Made by a program: the position numbers and the translations under genes. From positions 4,125 through 68,124 of the forward strand of contig CAKAPG010000003.1 of the NCBI GenBank assembly GCA_916715765.1: 64,000 bases of DNA, in the 5' to 3' direction. This DNA comes from an uncultured Atopobium sp. (GTDB taxonomy: Bacteria; Actinomycetota; Coriobacteriia; Coriobacteriales; Atopobiaceae). Under the pieces are notes generated by a model that was not told the DNA's origin, searched no databases, and saw nothing but the letters and a program-made list of their open reading frames with translations. This document shows, in pieces, positions 8,964 through 19,097 of the stretch; position 1 is the stretch's first letter, and every line of letters starts with the position of its first letter.

Positions 8964-10397
8964 TTAAGCAACCTTTACGGCAGGAAGGTTTGCAGTAGAG
9001 TCAGCAGATTCTGAATCCTCTACGCGAGGCCATGAGCAGCTACGGACATCGTCGGAGGTGAGGCCAAGCCAACGAGCGCGGTGGCCGTCAATCTTAGCTG
9101 GGCGGCGATGGAGCCACAGAGAAATTCCCAGAGTCCAAAGAGGCAGCAAATAGAGGAAGCTTGCAGCTAGAAGGCTCATTGAAGGTGCACCAATTGCAGA
9201 GAGTACCGAGATGTTTGAGATGGACCACGGTACCAGAGGAGCAAGAATTACAGCGCTATTCTCGATATCCAAAGCAAGGGCGCTTGAAGAGTCCTCTGCG
9301 TTCTCGCACAAATCGTTTGTCAGCATAATGGCCAAGGTCTGGTTGCAAGAAACCATTGAAGTAAACATGCTGGTAATCAGAACGCCAAAGAAAGGTGTGG
9401 AGTTATCGGAGAGGTCAGCTACCAGCTGGCACATACGGCGAAGCAGTCCAGTTGTCTGGAAAAGACCAGCGTAGCTTGAAGAAATGGTTACGATTGTCAA
9501 GACATTCATCATGGAGAAGACGCCGCCACCATTAACCATGTTTGCAACGGTAGCTCCTGGAGCGCGAAGGCCAAAGAGCAGAATGACGGGCAGATCTGCA
9601 AGCGGAACGCGCTGGATGGTGACACACAGAATGCAGGCCAGTACCAGGCTGGATGCCATGGTCACAATGACATCAACCTTAAGAAGCGAGAAAACAATTA
9701 CAAGAAGTGCTGGTGTAAGTGAAATCAAAGAAAGCCTAAAGGAACGGCTCAGAAGACCAGTAATATCGGGGATAGTTCCCGTGTTTGCCATGAAGAAGTC
9801 CCAAGCCACGTAGATAACACATGCAGCAATAAAAGGCACCACGCTGGTACGAAGCATGCGGTTAATGTTCTTGGATAGATTGGTATCGGTGAGTTGCGAA
9901 ACAAGGATTGCGCTGGTAGACATGGGTGAGCAACGATCACCAAAGTAGCTACCTGCAAGAACAGCGCCACCAATAAAGAACTCACTTGCTCCAATTGCCT
10001 TACCAATAGACATGCAGATGATACCCATGGTTGCAGCGGTACCAAATGCGGTGCCCAAAAGCATGGACATCATGGTGCAGAGTAAGAAGGTAGCCAGAAT
10101 AAAGACAGAAGGAGAAATAAGAGAAGCAGAAATACTGACAATCTCTGGAATGGTTCCAGATGCACGCCATGCCGCACTCATAGCACCAACAACAGCAAAC
10201 AGCGCAATGATTGTTTTAACTTCCCAGACAGACTCAAAGGCTGCTAAAAGAAGCTTTTTTGCAGAGATTTTGCGAGAGAGTCCGTACCCAAAAAAGAGGA
10301 AGAAACCAATGGTCAAAATAGATGTAAGGGGAAAAGATAGGGCTGTACCTACGATGAGCATCACCGCAAAGGCACTTAGTACTATTAGCTCTACCAT
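8964..10397 (-). CDS. Na+/H+ antiporter NhaC family protein
   Basis: Multi-TM protein with WRASGTIP, GSYFGDRCSPMS and LVPWS; start ATG 10397. Confidence 0.85.
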   Translation of the reverse strand: MVELIVLSAFAVMLIVGTALSFPLTSILTIGFFLFFGYGLSRKISAKKLLLAAFESVWEVKTIIALFAVVGAMSAAWRASGTIPEIVSISASLISPSVFILATFLLCTMMSMLLGTAFGTAATMGIICMSIGKAIGASEFFIGGAVLAGSYFGDRCSPMSTSAILVSQLTDTNLSKNINRMLRTSVVPFIAACVIYVAWDFFMANTGTIPDITGLLSRSFRLSLISLTPALLVIVFSLLKVDVIVTMASSLVLACILCVTIQRVPLADLPVILLFGLRAPGATVANMVNGGGVFSMMNVLTIVTISSSYAGLFQTTGLLRRMCQLVADLSDNSTPFFGVLITSMFTSMVSCNQTLAIMLTNDLCENAEDSSSALALDIENSAVILAPLVPWSISNISVLSAIGAPSMSLLAASFLYLLPLWTLGISLWLHRRPAKIDGHRARWLGLTSDDVRSCSWPRVEDSESADSTANLPAVKVA

Positions 10398-10477
10398 GCA
10401 TCCACTCCAAACGAATTTCTTATGTAAATAGAGTAGGCAACTAAAAAGTTGAAGTCCAACTGTTTTCAATGGTTATA

Positions 10478-10498
10478 ATTACAAGTAATTTTTGTAAT
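10478..10498. promoter_or_regulatory. Dyad in the nhaC/lysR divergent promoter, probable LysR site
   Basis: ATTACAA-GTAATTT-TTGTAAT. Confidence 0.45.
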
Positions 10499-10513
10499 AC
10501 AGTGGGAGCAAAA

Positions 10514-11455
10514 ATGAATTTTCAAACCATGGATTATTTTGTTGCCGTTGCAGAAGAAAAGAGCTTCACCAAGGCTGCTGAGCGCCTGAGTGTAACGCAG
10601 CAAACGCTCTCGGCAAATATTGCGGCAGCAGAAAAAGAACTTGGCTCTAAGCTGCTAGAACGTACGGTCCCGCTGTCGCTCACGTTTGCGGGAGAAGAGT
10701 TCTTGCGCTATGCCCGTAGGTTCCAGGCGCAACGTCGCGCTATGGATCAAGAGTTTCTTGATATTGCAGGCAACGAACGAGGTCGCTTGCGTGTTGGCGT
10801 CACTGCTACACGAGGTCACATCATCATGCCGCGCTCCATTGCTGCTTTCCAAAAATTGCACCCAAACATTTCCATTGAGCTTGATGAGGGCGAGAATGAC
10901 GAGCTGGTTGAGTGGCTCTCTGAAGGTCAGCTTGACTTGATTGTTGCAACGGTTAATTCATCGTCGTATGACCTGGTTGTTAAAAAGCTATTTGACGAGA
11001 AGATCGTTCTGGTTGTTTCTCAAGCGCTTCTTGAGTCTTTGTATGCAGATAAGGTTGACTCGGTTGTCGCGCAAGTCAAAAAGACGGGAAAGCTCACGGC
11101 CTTGGAAGCTTGCCCCTTCTTAACGGTAGGTAAGCGAGACATTGCTGGTAGTTTTGCTCGCCATGCGTTTGCCGCATCGGGCATTTCTCCCACTATCAAG
11201 GTCATGTCCAGAAACTCCGAGACGCTTTTGGCGCTTGCCATGAGAGGCGTTGGTGCGTGCTTCTTGCCATCTGAGCTAGTGGCCTCTTCTTACTACGACT
11301 TTGAAACGTCTGGTCTTCACATCATTGAGCTGGGAAAAGAGATGTCGTACTCGGTTAGTGTTGCCTGGCGACGCACCGACCACGTGTGGAGCACAATCGA
11401 GTCATTTGCCCAGGTTCTCTCTGAGCAGCGCTACGTGGTTAAGCGAGGTGAGTAG
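10514..11455 (+). CDS. LysR family transcriptional regulator
   Basis: SFTKAAERLSVTQQTLS HTH; divergent from nhaC. Confidence 0.93.
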   Translation: MNFQTMDYFVAVAEEKSFTKAAERLSVTQQTLSANIAAAEKELGSKLLERTVPLSLTFAGEEFLRYARRFQAQRRAMDQEFLDIAGNERGRLRVGVTATRGHIIMPRSIAAFQKLHPNISIELDEGENDELVEWLSEGQLDLIVATVNSSSYDLVVKKLFDEKIVLVVSQALLESLYADKVDSVVAQVKKTGKLTALEACPFLTVGKRDIAGSFARHAFAASGISPTIKVMSRNSETLLALAMRGVGACFLPSELVASSYYDFETSGLHIIELGKEMSYSVSVAWRRTDHVWSTIESFAQVLSEQRYVVKRGE

Positions 11456-11456
11456 C

Positions 11457-12197
11457 GTGGATGCTCTTCAGTCTGACAACAACCTTGAGGTTTTGTATCA
11501 GGATGACTATCTACTTGCCGTGAATAAACCAGCGGGAATTATCGTTCATGCGGACGGTACCCATGAGCCCTCGTTAACTGAGGTAGTTTGCGAGAAACTC
11601 CACGCACTTGTGAGCTCAAGCCAGATAGACCTTTCCCAGGTCCAAGCTCTGAATCGCCTTGATAGAGAGACTACGGGCATTGTGCTCTTCTCGCTCAAAA
11701 AAGAAACACAGGCACAGTTTGACCAGCTTATTGCCTCTAAGGAACTTTCCAAAGAGTATCTGGCAGCTGTTAAGGGAGTGTTTGAGCCGAATAAACTGCT
11801 GATAGATAAGGCAATTGGAAAAGATCGGCATGACGCTCAGAAGATGAGAATCTCAGCCACAGGCAAGCCTTCTCAAACGGAGGTGCGCCTCATTAAGGTT
11901 GCATCGTCAGCGCAAAGTCAAACTCAAAGCTTGTTGCTGGTCAATTTGCTGACAGGAAGAAAGCATCAAATTAGAGTGCACCTCTCGTCACTTGGATTTC
12001 CCCTGGTAGGAGATGCGCTGTATGGAAGCGTATCTTCTTTGCAGCGAGGAGCAAAAAAGAAGCATAAAGCGCAGCAGTTAATGCTCCATGCATATCGCGT
12101 TGGATTTATTCATCCAGTCACGGGCGCAAAAATTGTGATTAAAACGGATATTCCAGAGCGATTTTCTTATTTTGGTGTCACCGAGGTGGACTTATAG
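11457..12197 (+). CDS. RluA family pseudouridine synthase
   Basis: VNKPAG, NRLDRETTG, TGRKHQIRVH, GDALYG, LHAY; GTG 11457 after GAGGTG. Confidence 0.93.
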   Translation: MDALQSDNNLEVLYQDDYLLAVNKPAGIIVHADGTHEPSLTEVVCEKLHALVSSSQIDLSQVQALNRLDRETTGIVLFSLKKETQAQFDQLIASKELSKEYLAAVKGVFEPNKLLIDKAIGKDRHDAQKMRISATGKPSQTEVRLIKVASSAQSQTQSLLLVNLLTGRKHQIRVHLSSLGFPLVGDALYGSVSSLQRGAKKKHKAQQLMLHAYRVGFIHPVTGAKIVIKTDIPERFSYFGVTEVDL

Positions 12198-12281
12198 TAC
12201 ATACTTTGTGGTAGAGACATACATTCATTTTATGCGGATACGTTACCCAGACGTGCATAAAGTGAACGAGGAGGGGGAGAA

Positions 12282-13877
12282 ATGCCTGGCACAATGCGAG
12301 GTGTCTATACCAACCTGACTGAAATCCGCAGGAAGGTATTTAAAGAAGTTTCAACGCTTGCGTATGAAAAAGCAGATAAGAGCGTTGATGAAATTGCTCA
12401 CCAGATGGAAGAGCTGCCTTACAAGATTATTCCTGGTGATATTGCTACGTATCGTGAGAGCGTCTTCTTGGAGCGCGCTATTGTTGGCGAGCGCATTCGC
12501 ATGACTATGGGCATGCCTATGCAGGGCGTGGATCAACCAGAGCTTATTTCTGACGGCTTGGAAGAGGCCTCTCGACCTGAGGTTTATTACCAGCCACCGC
12601 TGATTAACATCGTTAAGTTTGCATGCAATGCCTGCGAGGACAATGTGTATCGCGTCACCAATGCGTGCCAAGGCTGCCTTGCACACCCTTGTCGAGAGAT
12701 TTGTCCTAAAGAAGCAATTAGCTTCGTGGACAAAAAGGCATACATTGACCAGGAGAAGTGCATTCAGTGTGGCATGTGCTTCAAGGTTTGCCCGTACCAG
12801 GCAATTCATCACCACGTACGTCCTTGCGCCGCTGCTTGTGGTATGGACGCTATTGGCTCCGATGAGCATGGTCGCGCAGATATTGATTACGAGAAGTGCG
12901 TATCTTGTGGTCAGTGCCTGGTCAATTGCCCCTTTGGTGCAATTGCCGATAAGAGCCAGATTTTCCAGGTAATTCAGGCTATCAATGAGGGTTATACCGT
13001 TGTTCCAATTGTGGCTCCTTCGTTTGTTGGTCAGTTTGGCAAGGGAAGCGTTGGTCGTCTTCGTGAGGCCTTCAAAGAGATGGGCTTTGCCGAGGTAGAA
13101 GAGGTAGCAACAGGCGCTGACCTCTGTACTGTTCAGGAAGCAGAAGACTTTGTCAAAGAAGTCCCAGAAAAGCTGCCATTTATGGGTACAAGTTGCTGTC
13201 CTTCTTGGTCTGCCATGGCTAAAAAAGAGCACCCAGAGCAGGCTGATGCAATCTCCATGGCACTAACCCCCATGGTTTTGACTGCTCGTCTGGTAAGAAA
13301 GCAAAACCCAGAGTCCAAGATTGTCTTTATTGGACCATGTACTGCTAAGAAGCTTGAGGCACTACGCCGTTCCGTTAAGTCCGAGGTCGATTTTGTTTTG
13401 ACCTTTGAGGAACTTGCAGGAATGATGGAGTCCAAGGGTATTGACTACACCAAGCTTGATGACGATAACTCCGACTTTGAAAACGCCTCCCATGACGGTC
13501 GCGCCTTTGCAGTGGCCGGTGGCGTAGCAGGTGCCGTAGTTAACGTCATTCACCAGAAGTACCCTGATAAAGAAGTGCCTATCATGGCTGTTGACGGCCT
13601 TGCTGAGTGCCGAGCTATGCTCAAGGATGCTGTTAAGGGTAAATATCCAGGCTATCTTCTTGAGGGCATGGCTTGCCCAGGAGGATGTGTTGGTGGCGCC
13701 GGTACGCTGAGCGCAGTCAATCGTGCTGCTGCAGCAGTTAAGCGTTACGCAAAGACCGCTTCTTCCGAGCTGGCTTCTGCTAATAAGTACAACGATCTTA
13801 TTCCAGAGCTTGCTGGAACGGTCTCTGCTGAGGTTGAGATTGCCGAGGTTCTTGAGGTTCAGAAGCCTGTTGAGTAG
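12282..13877 (+). CDS. Monomeric [FeFe] hydrogenase with ferredoxin domains (group B-like)
   Basis: H-cluster motifs TSCCPSW, GPCTAKKLE and EGMACPGGCVGGAG; several CxxCxxCxxxCP clusters in the N-terminal part. Confidence 0.88.
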   Translation: MPGTMRGVYTNLTEIRRKVFKEVSTLAYEKADKSVDEIAHQMEELPYKIIPGDIATYRESVFLERAIVGERIRMTMGMPMQGVDQPELISDGLEEASRPEVYYQPPLINIVKFACNACEDNVYRVTNACQGCLAHPCREICPKEAISFVDKKAYIDQEKCIQCGMCFKVCPYQAIHHHVRPCAAACGMDAIGSDEHGRADIDYEKCVSCGQCLVNCPFGAIADKSQIFQVIQAINEGYTVVPIVAPSFVGQFGKGSVGRLREAFKEMGFAEVEEVATGADLCTVQEAEDFVKEVPEKLPFMGTSCCPSWSAMAKKEHPEQADAISMALTPMVLTARLVRKQNPESKIVFIGPCTAKKLEALRRSVKSEVDFVLTFEELAGMMESKGIDYTKLDDDNSDFENASHDGRAFAVAGGVAGAVVNVIHQKYPDKEVPIMAVDGLAECRAMLKDAVKGKYPGYLLEGMACPGGCVGGAGTLSAVNRAAAAVKRYAKTASSELASANKYNDLIPELAGTVSAEVEIAEVLEVQKPVE

Positions 13878-13900
13878 GAACATTTTCTTACATTAAACGT

Positions 13901-13931
13901 AAAACGCCGGTGCGCTGCATCGGCGTTTTTT
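13901..13931 (+). terminator. Rho-independent terminator
   Basis: AAAACGCCGGTGC-GCT-GCATCGGCGTTTTTT. Confidence 0.8.
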
Positions 13932-14045
13932 ATGAGAAATGCAGCTTAATAAGGCAATCTACCAGGTAATAAAAAAGGATCTGCGATTAACAGATCCTTT
14001 AAGTTTTAGCTGAGAGATAGTCAACAAAATGCTGATTATTTTGAA

Positions 14046-14354
14046 TTACTCAGATTTTTCGTTCTTCATAGATGCGTAGAACGTTGCATGCGCAAAAACG
14101 TCTTTAATGGTTTTTCCATTAATAAAAGGAAGCGCGAGAAATTCGTCTACCGTTGGAACTAGTTCAGAACAATCTACAAAGTGGTTTTTTGAGTTTCTGA
14201 TACTGGTGTCTTGAGCTCTCCATGCCTCAAAATTGACATCAGTGAGGTAATAAACCTGGTGTCCGACTTGCATGTACACAGAGTGATTACTGTGCAGGTA
14301 CTCTACCAGGTCTTCGTAAGAAATCTGGAGAACCTCAGAACTTTTCTTGCCCAT
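14046..14354 (-). CDS. Hypothetical protein (102 aa)
   Basis: ATG preceded by GAAAGGA; hairpin 13971-14000 downstream; no motif recognised. Confidence 0.65.
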   Translation of the reverse strand: MGKKSSEVLQISYEDLVEYLHSNHSVYMQVGHQVYYLTDVNFEAWRAQDTSIRNSKNHFVDCSELVPTVDEFLALPFINGKTIKDVFAHATFYASMKNEKSE

Positions 14355-14516
14355 GATGCAATCCTTTCCACGTCGCTTGCGCGCAAATTATGGACGCACT
14401 TTTATAGACTATACCGCCCTCCGAAGATGCTTATTCAGATGAATTGAGAGGCATAGGCAAGCGGACGTTTTTTCTCGCTCAACGGCAATGATGAATGGTT
14501 GTAATTTTTAGTGCTA

Positions 14517-15167
14517 CTATTTGAGAATTTCTTGCACCATTTCTTCTGCTGTATTGCAAAGCGTGGTAGCACCTGCAGCTAGAAGCGTTTCTTTGTCTCT
14601 AAATCCCCAGGTAACGCTAATGCAAGGCATGCCGCTGTTGTGTGCTGTTGCAACATCAACCTCGGAGTCTCCAATATAGACAGCGTCTTGAGGATCAACG
14701 CCAATTTGAGCAAGGGCGTAATGGACAGGCTCGGCATCAGGCTTTCTTTTAAGGTCATCTCGCTGACCCAGCGCAAAGTCAAATCTACCTGGGAAGAAAT
14801 TGGTCATTAAATCTGCAATAGCAAAGTCTGGCTTGTTGGAAACAACAGCGCATTTAACACCCGCTGCTCTGAGCGTATCTACCGCATCAAGTATGCCAGG
14901 GTAGGGCGCAGTGTTATCCAAACTGTGATCAGCGTAGTGCTCCTTAAAGCATGCGAGTACGCGCTGGTATGTTGCGTCATCGGTACCTTCTGGTACGGCG
15001 TCACGGATAAGCTTTGCAACGCCATTTCCAACCATCTGACGGACTTCATCAACGGTATAGGCAGGCATATTGAATTGCTCAAGGGCGTAATTTGTTGCCC
15101 AAGCAAGATCATCTATAGTGTTGAGTAATGTGCCATCAAGATCAAAAACGGCGGCTTTATAGGCCAT
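14517..15167 (-). CDS. HAD family hydrolase (phosphoglycolate phosphatase-like)
   Basis: FDLDGTLL, VSNK, RKPD, YIGDSEVD. Confidence 0.9.
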   Translation of the reverse strand: MAYKAAVFDLDGTLLNTIDDLAWATNYALEQFNMPAYTVDEVRQMVGNGVAKLIRDAVPEGTDDATYQRVLACFKEHYADHSLDNTAPYPGILDAVDTLRAAGVKCAVVSNKPDFAIADLMTNFFPGRFDFALGQRDDLKRKPDAEPVHYALAQIGVDPQDAVYIGDSEVDVATAHNSGMPCISVTWGFRDKETLLAAGATTLCNTAEEMVQEILK

Positions 15168-15413
15168 GAAAGCTCCAAGTTCTTCTCGCCCTGTGAGAGG
15201 GCTCATGTGTATCAATTTCAGTCTAGCGTAAAAGTGTGACGGTAAGTTATTTATTCCTCGTGAATCTCCACTAAGTTTAGATTGAGAGGATTCGACTAAA
15301 CGTTGGAGAGTACAATGGTTTATCTATGAGCAAGAACGCGCCGTCTACGCGTTTTTGCCGTCTTGAAGGAGCTTTCCGATTTGGCACAGGGAAGCAAAGA
15401 CGAAAGGATAAAA

Positions 15414-17240
15414 ATGGATTGTTCTTCAGAAAACCCCCAGAATTATTCCGCTCACGCAGCTGTTGATTTGCACAGCATGCATACGCATACCTGCGGAGAG
15501 CTTCGTGCAGAGCATATCGGTCAGACCGTTACGCTCACTGGTTGGGTTTGGCGTCGTCGTGACTTTGGTGGCCTAATCTTTGTTGACCTCCGTGACCGCG
15601 AGGGTTTGACCCAGATTCTGTTTGACCCAGATGTTGATGCAGAAACATTTGCGACTGCAGAGACTATTCGTCCTGAGTGGCCTGTTTTGATTTCTGGTAC
15701 GGTTCAGCATCGCTCTGAAGGCCAGACCAATGAGGCTCTTGCTACCGGTGAGGTAGAGGTACTTGCTTCCAAGATTGAGGTTCTTAATACTAGCGCTGTT
15801 CCACCATTCCAGATTGAGAACCACATTGATGTTAATGAGGACCTTCGCTTGAGGTATCGCTACGTTGATCTTCGTCGTCCTCAGATGGCACAGAACCTTC
15901 GCATGCGTTCTGATTTTGCCTTTGCGCTTCGTGAGGCATTCCATAAGCGTGACTTTACCGAGGTAGAAACTCCAGCACTGTTCAAATCTACTCCTGAGGG
16001 AGCTCGTGACTTCCTGGTTCCATCCAGAATGCAGGGCGGAAACTTCTACGCGCTGCCACAGTCTCCACAGCTGCTGAAGCAGTTGCTGATGATTGGCGGC
16101 GTTGAGCGCTACTATCAGATTACTAAGTGCTTCCGCGATGAGGACCTTCGTGCAGATCGTCAGCCTGAGTTTACACAGGTTGATATGGAGATGGCATTTG
16201 TCCGCGAGGAAGATGTCATGGCCGAGCTTGAGGATATTCTGGGCGATGCATTTGCAAAGATGGGCATTGAATTCCCAGCTCCACTGCGCAAGATTCAGTA
16301 CTGGGACGCAATGGATACCTACGGCTCCGATAAGCCTGATACTCGCATTGGCATGGAACTTCATGATGTTTCCGAGGTCTTCAAGCAGTCCAGCTTTAAG
16401 CTCTTTAGCTCTGCCGCAACAACAGAAGGCCAGTACGTTAAGGCAATCAACGTTAAGGGTGCAGGTACCTGGCCACGCTCTCAGGTAGATAAACTTGCCG
16501 AGGTAGCTGCCGGCTTTGGTGCCAAAGGACTTGCATGGGTTGCCTTCAAAGAGGACGGTTCCGTGGGAGGTCCTATCACCAAGTTCTTCTCGCCAGAAGA
16601 GCTCGAGGCACTGCGTGCAGAGATGTCTGCTGAGGCAGGAGACTTGATTCTCTTTGCCGTGGGTGGTCGCCTGGAGACAGATGAGATTCTTGGTGGTATG
16701 CGCCTGCATATGGCAAAGGTCTTGGATGTACCGCGAGAAGGTCATGATTTCCTTTGGGTTGTTAATTTCCCACTGTTCCACTGGGATGAAGAAACTCAGT
16801 CTTACGCTTCTGAGCATCAGCCCTTTACGCTTCCTCGAGAGGATGAGCTTGACCTTCTGGACACTGACCCTCTGGCTATGGGCTCGTATACCTACGACTT
16901 TGTCATGGATGGCTTTGAGGCTGGCGGCGGCGGAATGCGTATTCACAATGCTGAGCTGCAGCTTAAGATTCTGGAGAAACTCGGCTTTACTGAAGAGCGT
17001 GCAAAGGCTCAATTTGGCTTCTTGATGGAGGCTCTGACGTTTGGCGCACCTCCAATGGGCGGCTTTGCACTTGGTCTTGACCGCGTATGCATGTTGCTTG
17101 CAGGTGCCGATTCCATCCGTGATGTCATGGCATTCCCAAAGACTACTTCTGGCTCTGATTTGATGTCGAGCGCTCCTTCGCCTGTTTCTAATGAGCAGCT
17201 CAAGGAGGTTTCGCTTCAGACGCTTCCAAAAGAGGCATAA
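15414..17240 (+). CDS. aspS: Aspartate--tRNA ligase
   Basis: THTCGEL, STPEGARDF, LPQSPQ, FRDEDLRADRQPEFTQ, GAPPMGG, FPKT; ATG 15414 after GAAAGGA. Confidence 0.97.
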   Translation: MDCSSENPQNYSAHAAVDLHSMHTHTCGELRAEHIGQTVTLTGWVWRRRDFGGLIFVDLRDREGLTQILFDPDVDAETFATAETIRPEWPVLISGTVQHRSEGQTNEALATGEVEVLASKIEVLNTSAVPPFQIENHIDVNEDLRLRYRYVDLRRPQMAQNLRMRSDFAFALREAFHKRDFTEVETPALFKSTPEGARDFLVPSRMQGGNFYALPQSPQLLKQLLMIGGVERYYQITKCFRDEDLRADRQPEFTQVDMEMAFVREEDVMAELEDILGDAFAKMGIEFPAPLRKIQYWDAMDTYGSDKPDTRIGMELHDVSEVFKQSSFKLFSSAATTEGQYVKAINVKGAGTWPRSQVDKLAEVAAGFGAKGLAWVAFKEDGSVGGPITKFFSPEELEALRAEMSAEAGDLILFAVGGRLETDEILGGMRLHMAKVLDVPREGHDFLWVVNFPLFHWDEETQSYASEHQPFTLPREDELDLLDTDPLAMGSYTYDFVMDGFEAGGGGMRIHNAELQLKILEKLGFTEERAKAQFGFLMEALTFGAPPMGGFALGLDRVCMLLAGADSIRDVMAFPKTTSGSDLMSSAPSPVSNEQLKEVSLQTLPKEA

Positions 17241-17294
17241 GCAAACCAAGCAAATCAAGCAAAGAAAGACAGTAAGGTACGTGGTGTTTTAGTA

Positions 17295-19097
17295 ATGAAT
17301 GACGCTTCTGTAAAAGAAAAAGCTCCATCTGCTCGTGCTGAGTTAAAGGTTATCTTGGACCACTTTGGCGCGTACAAAAAGGATTTTGTTATGTCGGGAC
17401 TCTGTGTGTTTGCAGAGTCCCTACTCGAATTAGTGATTCCTGTACTCATGGCCCAAATTGTTGACCAGGGTATTTTGCAGGGCAACCTTCAGACTGTTTT
17501 TATAAACGGCACCGTTATGGTTGCCTTTGCTCTTCTCGCCATGTTTGCTGGTATTGGATATGCGCGCTACTCAGCAAAAGCAGCCATGGGACTAGGTGCC
17601 CAACTTAGGCAAGATGAGTATCGCCGTATGGAAGAGTTTGCTTTTGCAAATCTCGATAAGTACGATTCATCCTCTTTGGTCACACGACTGACGTCAGACG
17701 TCACCATTATTCAGAACGCCTTTGCAATGGGTACTCGTCCGTTTATGCGTGGACCAATTATGCTGGTCATGGGCTTGGTTATGGCATTTATTATGAGTCC
17801 AGAGCTGGCGGTAGTGTATTTTGCCGTGTTGCCTTTCTTGGCGATTGCACTTTTCTTTATCGTGAAGCGCGTTGGCCCTTTGTACCGCGTTATGCAAAGT
17901 GCAATGGATAAGCTTAACGAGGCACTGCAGGAAGACTTTGCCGCGGTGCGAGCGATTAAGGCATATGTCCGAGAAGGATATGTCTCCGAGCGCTTTGAAA
18001 AAGTTAATACGCAGTATGCACAGACTGCTACAAAGACCTTTGGCACTTCCGTTTTAAACCTGCCTATTTTCCAGGCCTCAATGTATGTCACTAACGTGGC
18101 TATTCTTTGGTTTGGCGGCCAGATGATTATGGCTGGTAGATTGGGCGTTGGCGAGCTCACGGGCTTCATGAGTTACGTACTGCTTATCATGAACTCTCTT
18201 ATGATGATTTCTGGCGTGTTCTTGCTTACTGCTCGCGCCATTACCAGCGTGCGTCGAATCGGAGAGATTCTTTCCGAAGAACCTGCTATTGAGTCTCCAG
18301 AGCACGGTTTGACCGACGTTAAGAATGGGGCAGTACGCTTTGAAAACGTATCGTTCAAGTACAGCCAGAGCGCTGAAGAGGATGTCCTTGAAGACATTAA
18401 TCTTTCGTTTGCGCCAGGCTCTACCGTTGGTATTCTCGGTGGCACTGGTTCCGGAAAAACCACTCTTATCCAGCTGATTGCGCGCTTGTACGATGCTACT
18501 GAAGGCACTGTGTTTGTTGGCGAGAATGACGTCCGCTCCTACAATCTTGTTTCACTTCGTGACGCAGTGTCTGTTGTACTTCAGAAAAATGTGCTGTTCA
18601 GCGGTACCGTTCGCGACAACCTGCTCTGGGGAGATCCCAATGCAACAGATGAGGAACTGCTTCACGCGTGTTCTATTGCATGCGTTGATGAGTTTCTTGA
18701 CAGGATTGGTGGCTTGGATGGAGACCTTGGTCAGGGTGGCGTCAATGTTTCTGGTGGCCAGAAGCAGCGCCTTTGTATTGCGCGTGCGCTTTTGAAGAAG
18801 CCAAAAATCATCATTTTTGACGACTCCACCAGTGCAGTTGATACCGCAACTGACGCAAAGATTCGCGCAGGACTTGCCGAACTTGCTGACATGACAAAGA
18901 TCATCATTGCCCAGCGCGTGAACTCGGTTATGGACTCAGATCAGATTGTCGTTCTTGATAACGGTAGGGTCCATATGACTGGCACCCATACAGAACTTCT
19001 CGCCAAGAGCCCTATCTATAGAGAGCTGTATGAGTCGCAGATTGGCGGTAGTCAATCGGACATTGATGCTGCTGGTAAGGAGGTGTCACATGGCTAA
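17295..19097 (+). CDS. ABC exporter, permease/ATPase subunit (degenerate-site half of a heterodimer)
   Basis: TM domain plus GGTGSGKT, VSGGQKQR, FDDSTS (D for E) and IAQR (Q for H). Confidence 0.92.
   Translation: MNDASVKEKAPSARAELKVILDHFGAYKKDFVMSGLCVFAESLLELVIPVLMAQIVDQGILQGNLQTVFINGTVMVAFALLAMFAGIGYARYSAKAAMGLGAQLRQDEYRRMEEFAFANLDKYDSSSLVTRLTSDVTIIQNAFAMGTRPFMRGPIMLVMGLVMAFIMSPELAVVYFAVLPFLAIALFFIVKRVGPLYRVMQSAMDKLNEALQEDFAAVRAIKAYVREGYVSERFEKVNTQYAQTATKTFGTSVLNLPIFQASMYVTNVAILWFGGQMIMAGRLGVGELTGFMSYVLLIMNSLMMISGVFLLTARAITSVRRIGEILSEEPAIESPEHGLTDVKNGAVRFENVSFKYSQSAEEDVLEDINLSFAPGSTVGILGGTGSGKTTLIQLIARLYDATEGTVFVGENDVRSYNLVSLRDAVSVVLQKNVLFSGTVRDNLLWGDPNATDEELLHACSIACVDEFLDRIGGLDGDLGQGGVNVSGGQKQRLCIARALLKKPKIIIFDDSTSAVDTATDAKIRAGLAELADMTKIIIAQRVNSVMDSDQIVVLDNGRVHMTGTHTELLAKSPIYRELYESQIGGSQSDIDAAGKEVSHG

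Noticed and set aside
15216..15413. T-box leader upstream of aspS (also checked hisS and alaS)
   Set aside because: No GGTGGNACCGCG T-box or terminator found.
15573..17258. 561-aa minus-strand ORF (likewise 5256-6488, 21439-22134 and 52668-54050)
   Set aside because: Antisense to strongly codon-biased genes (aspS, sufB, gpmA, alaS); a known shadow-ORF effect.
17295..19097. Degenerate Walker B/switch in the first ABC subunit as a pseudoenzyme
   Set aside because: Normal for heterodimeric TM287/288-type exporters.
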